The notes under the pieces: model-generated
Databases searched by the model: none
What the model was told of the DNA's origin: nothing
What the model saw: only the letters and a program-made list of their open reading frames with translations
Translations under genes and position numbers: made by a program
From: an uncultured Rikenellaceae bacterium
Lineage (GTDB): Bacteria; Bacteroidota; Bacteroidia; Bacteroidales; VadinHA17
Direction: 5' to 3'
Assembly (NCBI GenBank): GCA_964411285.1
Contig: CAYPKL010000315.1
Span: 1 to 35,605, forward strand
DNA: 35,605 nucleotides
Part shown: positions 23,838-35,605 of the stretch, piece by piece
How positions within the stretch are numbered: the stretch's first letter is position 1
How the letters are laid out: the number at the start of each line of letters is the position of its first letter

Positions 23838-25577
23838 ATGATAAAGAAAAGCATTATAATCATAACATTGTCAGCTGTTTTTTTATTACCCGCTTCACCT
23901 CAGGAAAAGAAAACAGAGACTGATCTTAAAAGGGAGGTTACATTATACAACCCCTATAAACCATCACTTGCCGATGTTAAGAAAAGAAGTTTTCTGCCCG
24001 AGATAATTGATACGGCAAGTGCTAAACCAAGGTTCAGTTATGATGTGGTATCGCGGCCATATTCGCCAGCTTTTAATATAAATCCCATCAAACCTGCATC
24101 CCTTCTTGCCGACCCTTTGCCAAAGCTCTACAAGGGTTATGTAAATATAGGCCTGGGTAATTATGCAACACCGCTTGCGGAGATAAGCGTTACCAGTCAC
24201 CGGTCGAAAAAAGGTGCAATAGGTATGTACGCCAGACATTATTCCTCAAACGGAAAAGTTTCACTTGAACGCGTACCTGAAAGAGTTTTTGCAGGCTTTA
24301 TGGATAATGATGCGTCACTTTTCGGGAAGAAGTTCTTTAAAAAAAGCCTGTTTGGGATTTCTGTTGATTATCTCCAGAAAACACGTTATGCCTACGGTTA
24401 TAAAACAGATGATCCGGTTTATCTTTATGATCCAAAAAATAAGGAAATAAAAACCGGTTTCTATGATATTGGAGCAACGGCTTCGTTTTCGTCTCTGAAT
24501 CTCGATTCTGCTGATTTTTCTTATGATTTCAGACTTTCTTATGACTATTTGAAAAATCTGGATAATAAATCAGTGACCAACGCGGTAAACCATACCAGCT
24601 TTGCGGGAGAAATGGCAAAAAGTGCAGAGAGTTTCTATGTCGGATCGGAGTTAAAATTTGATCATTATAAACTTGATGATCCTGAGATACTTAAGTCAAA
24701 ATACATATTTGCAGCCAACCCTTTCATCCGCAAGAGAACAGAGCAATGGAACTTTAACCTTGGATTAAAACTGGTACTGGCAAGAAATATGGAAAGTTCA
24801 GCTAAGTTCTATGTTTATCCCGATATTAATTTTGGTTTCAATATTGTTCCTGAATACATGAGTTTCTTTGCGGAGCTGGGCGGAAATCTTGAAAATAATG
24901 ATGCGATAAATGTTTTTTCAAAGAATCCTTTTCTTGTTCCTGACACGTTGTTCAGACTGCCAAATACCGATCATTCGATTATTGTATCTGCCGGACTTAA
25001 AGGTAACAGTGGCATGGGTGGAAACTATCTTTTATCAGCGTCATTTTCACATGTGAACGATATGCTTCTGTTTGCCAATATTGCATATCCCGACACCCTG
25101 TTGCATATTGAAAGGGGGAATTATTTTGTTCCGATGCCTGATGACGCAGAAGTATTTAATATCCATGGAGAACTGAGCGGAATGATATCAGACAGGGTTA
25201 GTTTTTATACGTCAGGAAATTATTTTTCATATAAGATGGCATTTAATGAACATGCCTGGAACAGACCGGCCTGGGACGGAAAATTAGGTCTTAAATACAA
25301 CTTACGTGATAAAATTATTGCTAAGACAGAAGTTATGTTACTTGGCAAACGATCTCTGCTTGTCCGGCAAAGTTCGACAGGATGGTCAACTCTTTATCCC
25401 GATATAATTGATAAGCCTGCACATTTCAACCTTAATATCAGCGCAGAATACCGGTACACAAAAATACTTTCATTCTGGGTAAAGGTAAATAACATCTCTT
25501 ACAGGAGATATTATGAGTGGGCTTATTACCCTTCGCAGATGTTCAACTTAATGGTAGGATTCAGCTATAGTCTTTAA
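23838..25577 (+). CDS. putative outer-membrane beta-barrel protein (porin-like), function unknown
   Basis: The ORF opens at 23796, but the internal start gives an ideal signal peptide MIKKSIIIITLSAVFLLPASPQ. Alternating aromatic/hydrophilic beta-strand patterns are present and the C-terminus is MVGFSYSL. Confidence 0.6.
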   Translation: MIKKSIIIITLSAVFLLPASPQEKKTETDLKREVTLYNPYKPSLADVKKRSFLPEIIDTASAKPRFSYDVVSRPYSPAFNINPIKPASLLADPLPKLYKGYVNIGLGNYATPLAEISVTSHRSKKGAIGMYARHYSSNGKVSLERVPERVFAGFMDNDASLFGKKFFKKSLFGISVDYLQKTRYAYGYKTDDPVYLYDPKNKEIKTGFYDIGATASFSSLNLDSADFSYDFRLSYDYLKNLDNKSVTNAVNHTSFAGEMAKSAESFYVGSELKFDHYKLDDPEILKSKYIFAANPFIRKRTEQWNFNLGLKLVLARNMESSAKFYVYPDINFGFNIVPEYMSFFAELGGNLENNDAINVFSKNPFLVPDTLFRLPNTDHSIIVSAGLKGNSGMGGNYLLSASFSHVNDMLLFANIAYPDTLLHIERGNYFVPMPDDAEVFNIHGELSGMISDRVSFYTSGNYFSYKMAFNEHAWNRPAWDGKLGLKYNLRDKIIAKTEVMLLGKRSLLVRQSSTGWSTLYPDIIDKPAHFNLNISAEYRYTKILSFWVKVNNISYRRYYEWAYYPSQMFNLMVGFSYSL

Positions 25578-26018
25578 GTCAGGTATGATTTATCAGCTTT
25601 AGCTCTGACCTGGCCGAGGGGCATGGAAGGGAAGTCTTACGGTCGCACGGTCGTGCAGACTTGCAGTCAAAAACAGACTGATTTCCCAACCTTTTCAGAC
25701 AATGGATTTTTAAAGTATTTCCGGACTTAAAAATCGGCATTATTCCCACTGAACATTTATGGTCAGGTAAAGTGACCATGGATTTGTGGTGTTAATTTCT
25801 TTGACAAATTGTGCATTACTTTTAACATAGGTTTAACTAAAAAGATATTAATTATTGTTATCTTTACTGCCGATATTAAAGTTCTTGATATCAGTTATTT
25901 ACAATGGAGGAAATAATACTGAAATAGTTGTCTGGTTTTGCAGATTTCAATCATTTTTCCTGCTTTGAATAATTAAAATAATCAGAGTTGGTTTTAAATA
26001 TATTATTGAAATAATTAG

Positions 26019-29113
<3,095 letters not shown>

Positions 29114-29164
29114 AAAAAATAAGCGGCAAATATAGTGTAATGATCCGAAGAAATCCTGAAAAAA

Positions 29165-30601
29165 TTATTTATGCAATATTGTTTCTTTAAGTATTTCCTC
29201 GATTCCGGAAATGATTTTTTGAGATGGTCCGGTGTAATTATTAATTATTATGCTGAATGATAGTTCGCTTCCTGATATTGTCCTTATATAACCCGCATAA
29301 CTTCTGACTCGTGTTATCGATCCGCTTTTTGCCCTTAGCCGCGATTCAAAGACAGGATCAATGAAATATTTTTTAAGGGTTCCCTCTTTTCCTCCTTCAG
29401 GAAGGGAATTGCAGAAATCCTCAAAGTATTTACCGTCTTTTTTTAGATGAGAAAGCAACATTGCCAACCCTCTTGTATTAATTGCATTTACAGGTGATAA
29501 TCCGCTTCCGTCTTCAATAAACATTCCATTGGTGTCTATTCCTTTATCATTGAGGAATTTATAAATGACATCAATTCCGGAAGAGGTCGAACCACTATCA
29601 TAAAAAACTTTACCCAGTTCCTTTACAAGGTGTTCAGCAAAGAGGTTAACGCTTTCATGATTAAGAACTTCGATAATTTTCTTAAGCGGAGGTGAGAATA
29701 CTTCACACAATGGTATTATTTCTTTAAATGATTTTTTCTCAATTCGCGAGGTCGATGGATTATTCAAGGTCAGGATACCGGCCGAATCAAGTTTGTTATC
29801 AATAATCGTGGCAAGTATAAGTGCGGGATCAGTGATTGAGGCTTTGAGGACAAAATCATCCCTGTTTACGGGGATTGTTCCCGAGAGCCAGCCTGCTTTT
29901 CCATACGGGGCAGCAAAGACATACCCGTTATCTGTACTCCCTTTTGCCGAAAGCCAGCTGCTCAGGTAACAGGTGCATTCTTTTGGAACAATTTCTGTTA
30001 TTACCGGAATCGATCCTTCAGATGAAGTATTTAAGTGAATTTCATATGTATTGTCGAATACTGATAATCCACATGCCCCGGCACCATAATAATTTCCGAT
30101 ATCTTCCCAAAGCCACTTTGCAGGAACAGGCTCGTAATCGTAATAAGAGTCGTCAGCAATCACCCTTCCATTAATCTTTTTTATTCCCCGGCTCTTAATT
30201 TCATTGATCCATCTGTCAATAAAATTGCCGTATTCTTCTTTAAAATAGGATGATCCCAATGCGGGATCTCCACCTCCTTTAATGACCAGATCTCCTTCCA
30301 GTCTTCCTGTATTTTTATTTATTATGCCGGTATAACCTAATGTGGTTTTGAAAAAATAATCGGGTCCCAGCAGTTCCAGTGCCGCCGACGATGAAATCAG
30401 TTTCATTGTGGAAGCCGGCATAAGGCTTTTTTCAGGTTCGTATTCAAAGACTATTTCGTTGTTTTCGGTGTTTATGATACTAAGTGACGTCGATGAAAAT
30501 GTCATTGCAGAGTCGGACAGAAGCGATTCAAGAGCTTTTTCCTGTCCAGCAATGATAAGCGGATAGAACGCAAATAATAAAGGGATAAACCTCCTGCACA
30601 T
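29165..30601 (-). CDS. dacB: D-alanyl-D-alanine carboxypeptidase/endopeptidase (PBP4, peptidase S13)
   Basis: 478 aa. It has a signal peptide, SxxK (PASTMKL), SxN (ESVNLFAE) and K(S/T)G (AKSGSI). Confidence 0.85.
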   Translation of the reverse strand: MCRRFIPLLFAFYPLIIAGQEKALESLLSDSAMTFSSTSLSIINTENNEIVFEYEPEKSLMPASTMKLISSSAALELLGPDYFFKTTLGYTGIINKNTGRLEGDLVIKGGGDPALGSSYFKEEYGNFIDRWINEIKSRGIKKINGRVIADDSYYDYEPVPAKWLWEDIGNYYGAGACGLSVFDNTYEIHLNTSSEGSIPVITEIVPKECTCYLSSWLSAKGSTDNGYVFAAPYGKAGWLSGTIPVNRDDFVLKASITDPALILATIIDNKLDSAGILTLNNPSTSRIEKKSFKEIIPLCEVFSPPLKKIIEVLNHESVNLFAEHLVKELGKVFYDSGSTSSGIDVIYKFLNDKGIDTNGMFIEDGSGLSPVNAINTRGLAMLLSHLKKDGKYFEDFCNSLPEGGKEGTLKKYFIDPVFESRLRAKSGSITRVRSYAGYIRTISGSELSFSIIINNYTGPSQKIISGIEEILKETILHK

Positions 30602-30606
30602 AAACT

Positions 30607-31632
30607 TCAGCTTTTGTTTTGCTCGAGTGTTGACAGCAGACCGCAGGCAGCCTGGATATCCTGACCTCTGCTGGCCCTGATGGTTGCAATAATTCCTTTT
30701 TCGTTGAGTGCATCCCTGAAACTTGCAGTTTCTTTGAAACCCGGACTTTCCAGGTCAGATCCCGAGATAGAGTGGAAGCGGATCAGATTGATCCTGCATT
30801 TCATTCCATTTAAAATCCGTGCAAGCTCTTTTATGTGCCTGGGAGAATCATTCATGCCCTTGAAAAGAATATATTCAAAAGAGACTCTTCTCTGATTATT
30901 GAAATCGAAATTCCTGATAATGTCCAGCACTTCTTTCACCCTGTTTGTCCCCTGGATTGGCATAAGAAATCTGCGTTCATCATCAAATGGGGAATGAAGG
31001 CTTACTGCAAGATGGCATCTTGTATTCTCCAGAAACTCCTGTATTCTTGATGTAATTCCGACAGTGCTTACAGTAATCCTTGTCGGACTCCATCCATAAC
31101 CCCACTCACTTGTGATAATTTCGAGACTTTTCAGAACTTCCGGAAGATTATCCAGCGGCTCACCCATACCCATATAGACTATATTTGTCAGTTTGCTGAA
31201 TTCCGGAAGGCTGCGGAACTGGTTCAGGATTTCATTTGCAGTCAGATTACCCTGGAATCCCTGTTTACCGGTCATGCAGAATATACATCCCATTTTACAA
31301 CCTGACTGAGATGAAACACATATTGTTGCACGCTCCTTTTCGGGAATAAAAGCAGTTTCTATATATCTATTAGTTAATACTTTAAAAAGATATTTCTTTG
31401 TTCCGTCGCTGCTTTCAGCTGAATTAACAGGTTCAGATAATCCCATTTCATATTCTTCCGACAAGAGATCTCTCATCCTTTTTGAGAGATTTGTCATCTC
31501 TTCAATTGACCTTATTTCTTTTTTATAGAGCCAGTCGGCAATTTGTCTGGCAGCGAATCCGGGCATACTCAGCCGTTTAGTTACTGCTATCAGCTCATTC
31601 AGAGTTTTGCCGTATAACTTTTCTTTTACCAT
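30607..31632 (-). CDS. rlmN: 23S rRNA/tRNA adenine-C2 methyltransferase RlmN (radical SAM)
   Basis: 341 aa. It has the CKMGCIFCMTG radical-SAM cluster, the MGMGEPLDN motif and the C-terminal GQDIQAACGLL. Confidence 0.92.
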   Translation of the reverse strand: MVKEKLYGKTLNELIAVTKRLSMPGFAARQIADWLYKKEIRSIEEMTNLSKRMRDLLSEEYEMGLSEPVNSAESSDGTKKYLFKVLTNRYIETAFIPEKERATICVSSQSGCKMGCIFCMTGKQGFQGNLTANEILNQFRSLPEFSKLTNIVYMGMGEPLDNLPEVLKSLEIITSEWGYGWSPTRITVSTVGITSRIQEFLENTRCHLAVSLHSPFDDERRFLMPIQGTNRVKEVLDIIRNFDFNNQRRVSFEYILFKGMNDSPRHIKELARILNGMKCRINLIRFHSISGSDLESPGFKETASFRDALNEKGIIATIRASRGQDIQAACGLLSTLEQNKS

Positions 31633-31739
31633 AAAAAAAGAATGTTTAGTGTTCAGCGTTTCATTTTAAGAGCTCAGATCGTCAAATTCTTCCCAGGCAT
31701 GTAGCTCAGGGCTTTGTACCGTAACCCCTGATATTTTCT

Positions 31740-32519
31740 TCAAATCTCAATTTGTCCTTCAAAAACAAAAGTTGCAGGTCCGTTTAGCCAGACATTTGTT
31801 ATTTTATCTCCTTCTGTCTTAAATTCAACACTTAGATTTCCTCCTTTGGTCATAACCTTAACCGGACTACTGTCAAAGTGTCCTGTCAGAACTGCAGCAA
31901 TGGCAGAGGCAGTAACTCCGGTGCCACAGGAAAGAGTTTCATCTTCAACCCCGCGTTCAAATGTCCTCACATAAATACTATCAGGTGCAGGTTCGACAAA
32001 GTTGACATTTGTCCCACCAGGTGCAAAAGCATCAGAGTGTCTTATTTTTTTGCCCTCACTGTAAACATCAAGATAATCGAGTTCTTTGGTAAAGACAACA
32101 TAATGAGGTGATCCAGTATTTATAAAGTAGTTTCCACCAACAAGATACTTTTCATTTATATCATTCATCTTTAACCTGATAATCCCCTCCTCAGCAATTG
32201 CATCATGAATACCGTCAGCAGCTTTGAAAGAGAGGTTATTACCGGTAATCGCATTTCTTACAGCAAATTCAGCTGCGCATCGTCCCCCATTTCCGCACAT
32301 GGAGCTCTTAAAACCATCGGAATTAAAATAAAGCATTTCAAAATCATGTCCCTCTGAGCTATTTATAAGTATAAGTCCGTCAGCACCTATTCCAAACTTC
32401 CTGTCGCATAATCTGTGTATCAGAACAGAGTCATCAGGATTAAAAATACTATACCGGTTGTCTATTATTATGAAATCGTTTCCTGCGCCCTGGTATTTGT
32501 TAAAAGGTGTTATCATCAA
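31740..32519 (-). CDS. dapF: diaminopimelate epimerase
   Basis: 259 aa. Motifs seen: GAGNDFIIIDN and the two catalytic Cys motifs MCGNGGRC and LSCGTGVTA. Confidence 0.92.
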   Translation of the reverse strand: MMITPFNKYQGAGNDFIIIDNRYSIFNPDDSVLIHRLCDRKFGIGADGLILINSSEGHDFEMLYFNSDGFKSSMCGNGGRCAAEFAVRNAITGNNLSFKAADGIHDAIAEEGIIRLKMNDINEKYLVGGNYFINTGSPHYVVFTKELDYLDVYSEGKKIRHSDAFAPGGTNVNFVEPAPDSIYVRTFERGVEDETLSCGTGVTASAIAAVLTGHFDSSPVKVMTKGGNLSVEFKTEGDKITNVWLNGPATFVFEGQIEI

Positions 32520-32695
32520 TGTTAATTTGTTGTTAAATATTTGTAAATTAGTGGAAAAGGTTCAAAAAATGCATGAACTTTGTTAAACAATTCTTACTGA
32601 TAAAGGTTATAAAGATATGAATCTTTTATTAAGGCATGGAATTTGAAAACTAAAAGGGAACTGGAAAAATTAATGTAGATTTTAATAAGACAACT

Positions 32696-34147
32696 ATGAA
32701 AGCGAAAAATATTTTTGGTGCGTTATTTATGGCTCTGGCAGGAGCAGGGATTGCTTTATTTGCATATACAAGAATTATTGATAAGCCCTCAGGATCATTT
32801 GTAAAAGACAGTTCAAAAGTGGAAGTTTCAGGAGCTGAGGCTTTGCTGACATCACTTACTCAACAGGATGGGCAGATTGATTTTACTTATGCGGCTGAAC
32901 ATACTGTTCATGGAGTGGTTCATGTTCACACAAAATCGATGGTAGGCGCTGATGCCAGCAATCCAATTATGGAATGGTTTTACGGAGACCGCTATTCAAA
33001 ACCGCGTGAGGTAAGCGGATATGGTTCAGGAGTAATAATATCGGAAGACGGATATATTATAACAAATAATCATGTTATCGAAGATGCTGAAAGCGTAGAG
33101 GTTAAACTAAATGATAACAGGACTTTTACTGCTGAGGTTATTGGCCGTGATCCCAGCACCGATATAGCACTCTTAAAAATAAAGGCAGCAAATCTGCCAT
33201 TTATAAGGTATGGTGATTCTGATCAGCTTAAGCTTGGAGAATGGGTCCTTGCAGTCGGTAATCCTTTCAACCTGACATCGACTGTAACGGCAGGTATTGT
33301 CAGCGCAAAAGGCAGAAATCTTGGAATACTTGACAGCGAGTATAAGATTGAATCATTTATTCAGACAGATGCAGCCCTGAATATGGGAAACAGCGGAGGC
33401 GCTCTTGTCAATACTAAAGGATTACTCGTCGGTATAACATCAGCCATATATTCTCCAAGTGGAGCTTATGCAGGTAACTCTTTTGCAATTCCCGTGACTA
33501 TTGTCAGGAAAGTTATTGATGATCTAAAACAGTATGGTGAGGTTCAGAGAGCAATTATCGGAGTGAACATAACTGATGTTTCACAGGAGGATGCTGAAAA
33601 ACAAAAGCTTGATCAGGTTAAAGGCGCAAAAGTCAGCAATGTTATTGAGAATGGAGCCGCTTCTGCAGCTGGACTACAGGAAAATGATATTATTGTGAAA
33701 TTTGATGGTGTGGCTGTCTCAACTCCTTCCGAGTTACAGGAACAGGTTGGAAAGCACAGACCGGGCGACAGGGCAAATATTACTTATGTAAGAAACGGAA
33801 GAGAGAGCACTGTTCCGATAATTTTAAAGAATGTTGAGGGTAATACAAATGTAGTTACCCGGGTTATGAGCTCCGGAGGATCAGTTTACGGGGCAAAGCT
33901 TGAAGCGCTGGGATCATCTGACAAAGAGAAGTTTGATGTCGATTATGGAGTTAAAGTTGGTGAACTGGGTGATGGGAAATTCAAAGATCTGGGTATAAAG
34001 AAAGGATACATAATACTCAGCATTAATGGAAAGAAAGTAAAAAGCGCATCGGATGTCCGTAGTGCAACTGACAATGAAAATTCATTAAAATCAATTGAAG
34101 GAATCCAGTCTAATGGAACAATATTCAGCTATTCGTTCAGAAACTAA
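32696..34147 (+). CDS. htrA: Do/HtrA/DegQ family periplasmic serine protease with two PDZ domains
   Basis: 483 aa. An N-terminal TM/signal is present. The catalytic triad contexts are TNNHV, DIALLK and GNSGGALV, followed by two PDZ-like regions. Confidence 0.9.
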   Translation: MKAKNIFGALFMALAGAGIALFAYTRIIDKPSGSFVKDSSKVEVSGAEALLTSLTQQDGQIDFTYAAEHTVHGVVHVHTKSMVGADASNPIMEWFYGDRYSKPREVSGYGSGVIISEDGYIITNNHVIEDAESVEVKLNDNRTFTAEVIGRDPSTDIALLKIKAANLPFIRYGDSDQLKLGEWVLAVGNPFNLTSTVTAGIVSAKGRNLGILDSEYKIESFIQTDAALNMGNSGGALVNTKGLLVGITSAIYSPSGAYAGNSFAIPVTIVRKVIDDLKQYGEVQRAIIGVNITDVSQEDAEKQKLDQVKGAKVSNVIENGAASAAGLQENDIIVKFDGVAVSTPSELQEQVGKHRPGDRANITYVRNGRESTVPIILKNVEGNTNVVTRVMSSGGSVYGAKLEALGSSDKEKFDVDYGVKVGELGDGKFKDLGIKKGYIILSINGKKVKSASDVRSATDNENSLKSIEGIQSNGTIFSYSFRN

Positions 34148-34171
34148 GCTCATCAGATCTTAAATAGTTGC

Positions 34172-34207
34172 AGGCCAGAGGTTTTATCAAATAGAGCCCT
34201 CTGGCCT
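34172..34207 (+). terminator. 10-bp stem-loop downstream of htrA (probable terminator; no immediate U-tract)
   Basis: AGGCCAGAGG (34172-34181) pairs with CCTCTGGCCT (34198-34207) around a 16-nt loop. A T-run begins about 15 nt later. Confidence 0.55.
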
Positions 34208-34225
34208 AAACATTATTGAATATTT

Positions 34226-34256
34226 TTTGTTTATAATTTTAAAAGCAATATCTTTG
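34226..34256 (+). promoter_or_regulatory. Bacteroidota-type promoter for rpoD: -33 TTTG (34226-34229) and -7 TATCTTTG (34249-34256)
   Basis: Exact TAnnTTTG with a 19-nt spacer from TTTG, 23 nt upstream of the rpoD ATG. Confidence 0.5.
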
Positions 34257-34278
34257 CGGAAATTTTTTCGGAGGCAGA

Positions 34279-35139
34279 ATGAGACAGCTAAAGATTACCA
34301 AATCCATAACTAACAGAGAAAGTGCATCGCTTGACAAGTACCTGCAGGAGATTGGTAAAGAAGAGTTGATATCGGTAGAAGAAGAAGTTGAACTGGCACA
34401 AAGGATAAAAAAAGGAGACAGGGCTGCTCTGGAAAAACTCACAAAAGCAAACCTCAGGTTTGTGGTATCCGTAGCCAAACAATATCAGAACCAGGGATTA
34501 AGCCTTCCTGATCTCATAAATGAAGGTAATCTTGGGCTGATTAAAGCAGCTGAGAAGTTCGACGAAACCAGGGGATTTAAGTTTATTTCCTATGCCGTAT
34601 GGTGGATCAGACAGTCTATTCTGCAGGCCCTGGCAGAGCAGTCAAGGATCGTCAGGCTTCCCCTTAACCAGGTTGGGTCCTTAAATAAAATAAATAAGGC
34701 TTTTTCAAGGTTTGAACAGGAGAATGAGCGTACACCATCACCTGAAGAGCTTGCTGATGTACTGGAATTACCTAAGGAAAAGGTTACAGATACTTTAAAA
34801 GTATCAGGTCGTCATGTATCTGTTGATGCCCCTTTTATTGAAGGAGAAGATAACAGTCTGCTTGATGTTCTGACAAACTCTGATTCTCCGGTGGCAGATA
34901 AGCTACTTATGGATGAATCGCTTTCGAGAGAGATCTACAGGGCATTGGCGACTCTTACCGAACGTGAAAGGGACATAATAAGGTTTTTCTTTGGGATTGG
35001 ATGCCAGGAGATGACCCTTGAGGAAATAGGAGAGAAGTTTGGATTGACCAGGGAGAGGGTCAGGCAGATAAAAGAAAAAGCAATACGCAGGTTAAGGCAC
35101 ACTTCAAGGAGCAGATTGCTTAAAGGATATTTAGGTTAA
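34279..35139 (+). CDS. rpoD: primary RNA polymerase sigma factor (Bacteroidota-type short RpoD/SigA)
   Basis: 286 aa. The N-terminus is [27 protein letters not shown]. Region 2 is [13 protein letters not shown]...[10 protein letters not shown] and region 4.2 is [28 protein letters not shown]. Confidence 0.93.
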   Translation: MRQLKITKSITNRESASLDKYLQEIGKEELISVEEEVELAQRIKKGDRAALEKLTKANLRFVVSVAKQYQNQGLSLPDLINEGNLGLIKAAEKFDETRGFKFISYAVWWIRQSILQALAEQSRIVRLPLNQVGSLNKINKAFSRFEQENERTPSPEELADVLELPKEKVTDTLKVSGRHVSVDAPFIEGEDNSLLDVLTNSDSPVADKLLMDESLSREIYRALATLTERERDIIRFFFGIGCQEMTLEEIGEKFGLTRERVRQIKEKAIRRLRHTSRSRLLKGYLG

Positions 35140-35163
35140 TCATTTTAAAAAAACATCGATGAC

Positions 35164-35196
35164 AGGGGCGTTGCATATGACGTCCCTTTTTTTTTT
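35164..35196 (+). terminator. rho-independent terminator of rpoD
   Basis: An 8-bp stem joins AGGGGCGT and ACGTCCCT (one G-U pair) with loop TGCATATG, followed by a 10-nt T-run. Confidence 0.85.
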
Positions 35197-35257
35197 AAAT
35201 AGGGTTGCTTCAATATTTTTTGTTTCCACCAGTCCTTAGCCATGAAAAATTCACATT

Positions 35258-35289
35258 AAAAAAAGAGCCCCGGGGAGAGGCTCTTTTTT
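35258..35289. terminator. bidirectional terminator-like hairpin
   Basis: The sequence is AAAAAAAGAGCC-ccggggaga-GGCTCTTTTTT, a 6-bp stem flanked by an A-run and a T-run. Confidence 0.6.
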
Positions 35290-35605
35290 AGGGAAGCTCG
35301 GCAGAACGAATGCTGCGAGCAGGGGAAAAATCATTATTGGTAAAAATAGTTTTACGATAGATTCAAAAATTCAGTGATCTGTTCAGAATTTCAAAATGTT
35401 AAAATAACAAACAGATTATTACAAATTTTGAATAACTAACAGGGGGGCATTTCAAACTAATAGTACCCCTCATTCATCCAATAAACAGGGTTATTGATTT
35501 TCAGGTACTGACGGTTTATTTTCTTCCAAGCCTCTTCACAAAATCATTTTTATAGGAATCAGCAAGGCTCGCTTTGTTTTTCTCTGTCATGATTATTTCT
35601 CCCTG

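Noticed and set aside
25579-25779. 66-aa minus-strand ORF (MVTLPDHKCSVGIMPIFKSG...) in the gyrB upstream spacer
   Set aside because: It is Cys/Arg/Lys-rich with no recognisable motif, no promoter box and no typical composition. The region is more plausibly RNA or a gene remnant (see the finding at 25578..25800).
31690-31725. tRNA-like fragment (GTAGCTCAGGG, resembling a D-arm) in the dapF-rlmN spacer
   Set aside because: No acceptor stem, anticodon arm or T-arm (GTTCRANYC) can be assembled around it on either strand.
35516-35590. 24-aa minus-strand ORF (MTEKNKASLADSYKNDFVKRLGRK) preceded by GGGAGAAATAATC at the right edge
   Set aside because: It is too short, has no recognisable family, and its upstream region is cut off by the window end. 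It cannot be supported as a gene from this sequence alone, though the nearby hairpins suggest some minus-strand transcript ends around 35258..35460.

Overview
This is a 35.6-kb, AT-rich chromosomal segment (about 40% GC by eye) that reads as Bacteroidota. Supporting signs are a 286-aa Bacteroidota-type primary sigma factor, TAnnTTTG -7 promoter boxes, almost no Shine-Dalgarno sequences, a fused E1 alpha/beta 2-oxoacid dehydrogenase and an RRM-type RNA-binding protein. I call 29 protein-coding genes (one truncated at the left edge), a few intrinsic terminators and promoter boxes, and three short-period tandem-repeat arrays. From 11 to 35 kb the content is ordinary housekeeping and envelope genes: cold-shock and RRM proteins, an extended bTHX, a TPP enzyme, a DMT / LtaS-like / deacetylase-like operon, ftsE, a 1006-aa TPR protein with a beta-barrel partner, gyrB, a DUF362 Fe-S protein, dacB, rlmN, dapF, htrA and rpoD. 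I saw no rRNA, tRNA, CRISPR array, transposase, integrase, phage gene or recognisable defence gene. The least ordinary part is the left 11 kb. It holds a minus-strand operon (E2, fused E1, HAD-IIA, class II aldolase, HAD-IA, aldo/keto reductase, PHP phosphoesterase, second class II aldolase) that runs off the window. A divergent GntR/HutC regulator and a Tat-exported Gfo/Idh/MocA oxidoreductase flank it. Its intercistronic spacers carry unusual structure: exactly 21-nt-phased repeats, two 8-nt-period arrays starting at stop codons, a G-quadruplex motif and a large palindrome between divergent -7 boxes. I did not find a self-contained, clearly novel system. The best candidates for follow-up are this orphan catabolic operon with its spacer elements, a bTHX protein with a 110-aa Lys/Glu-rich tail, and an unassigned GC-rich, structure-prone 220-nt block upstream of gyrB. 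All functional calls rest on motif recognition from the translated ORFs, not on database searches.
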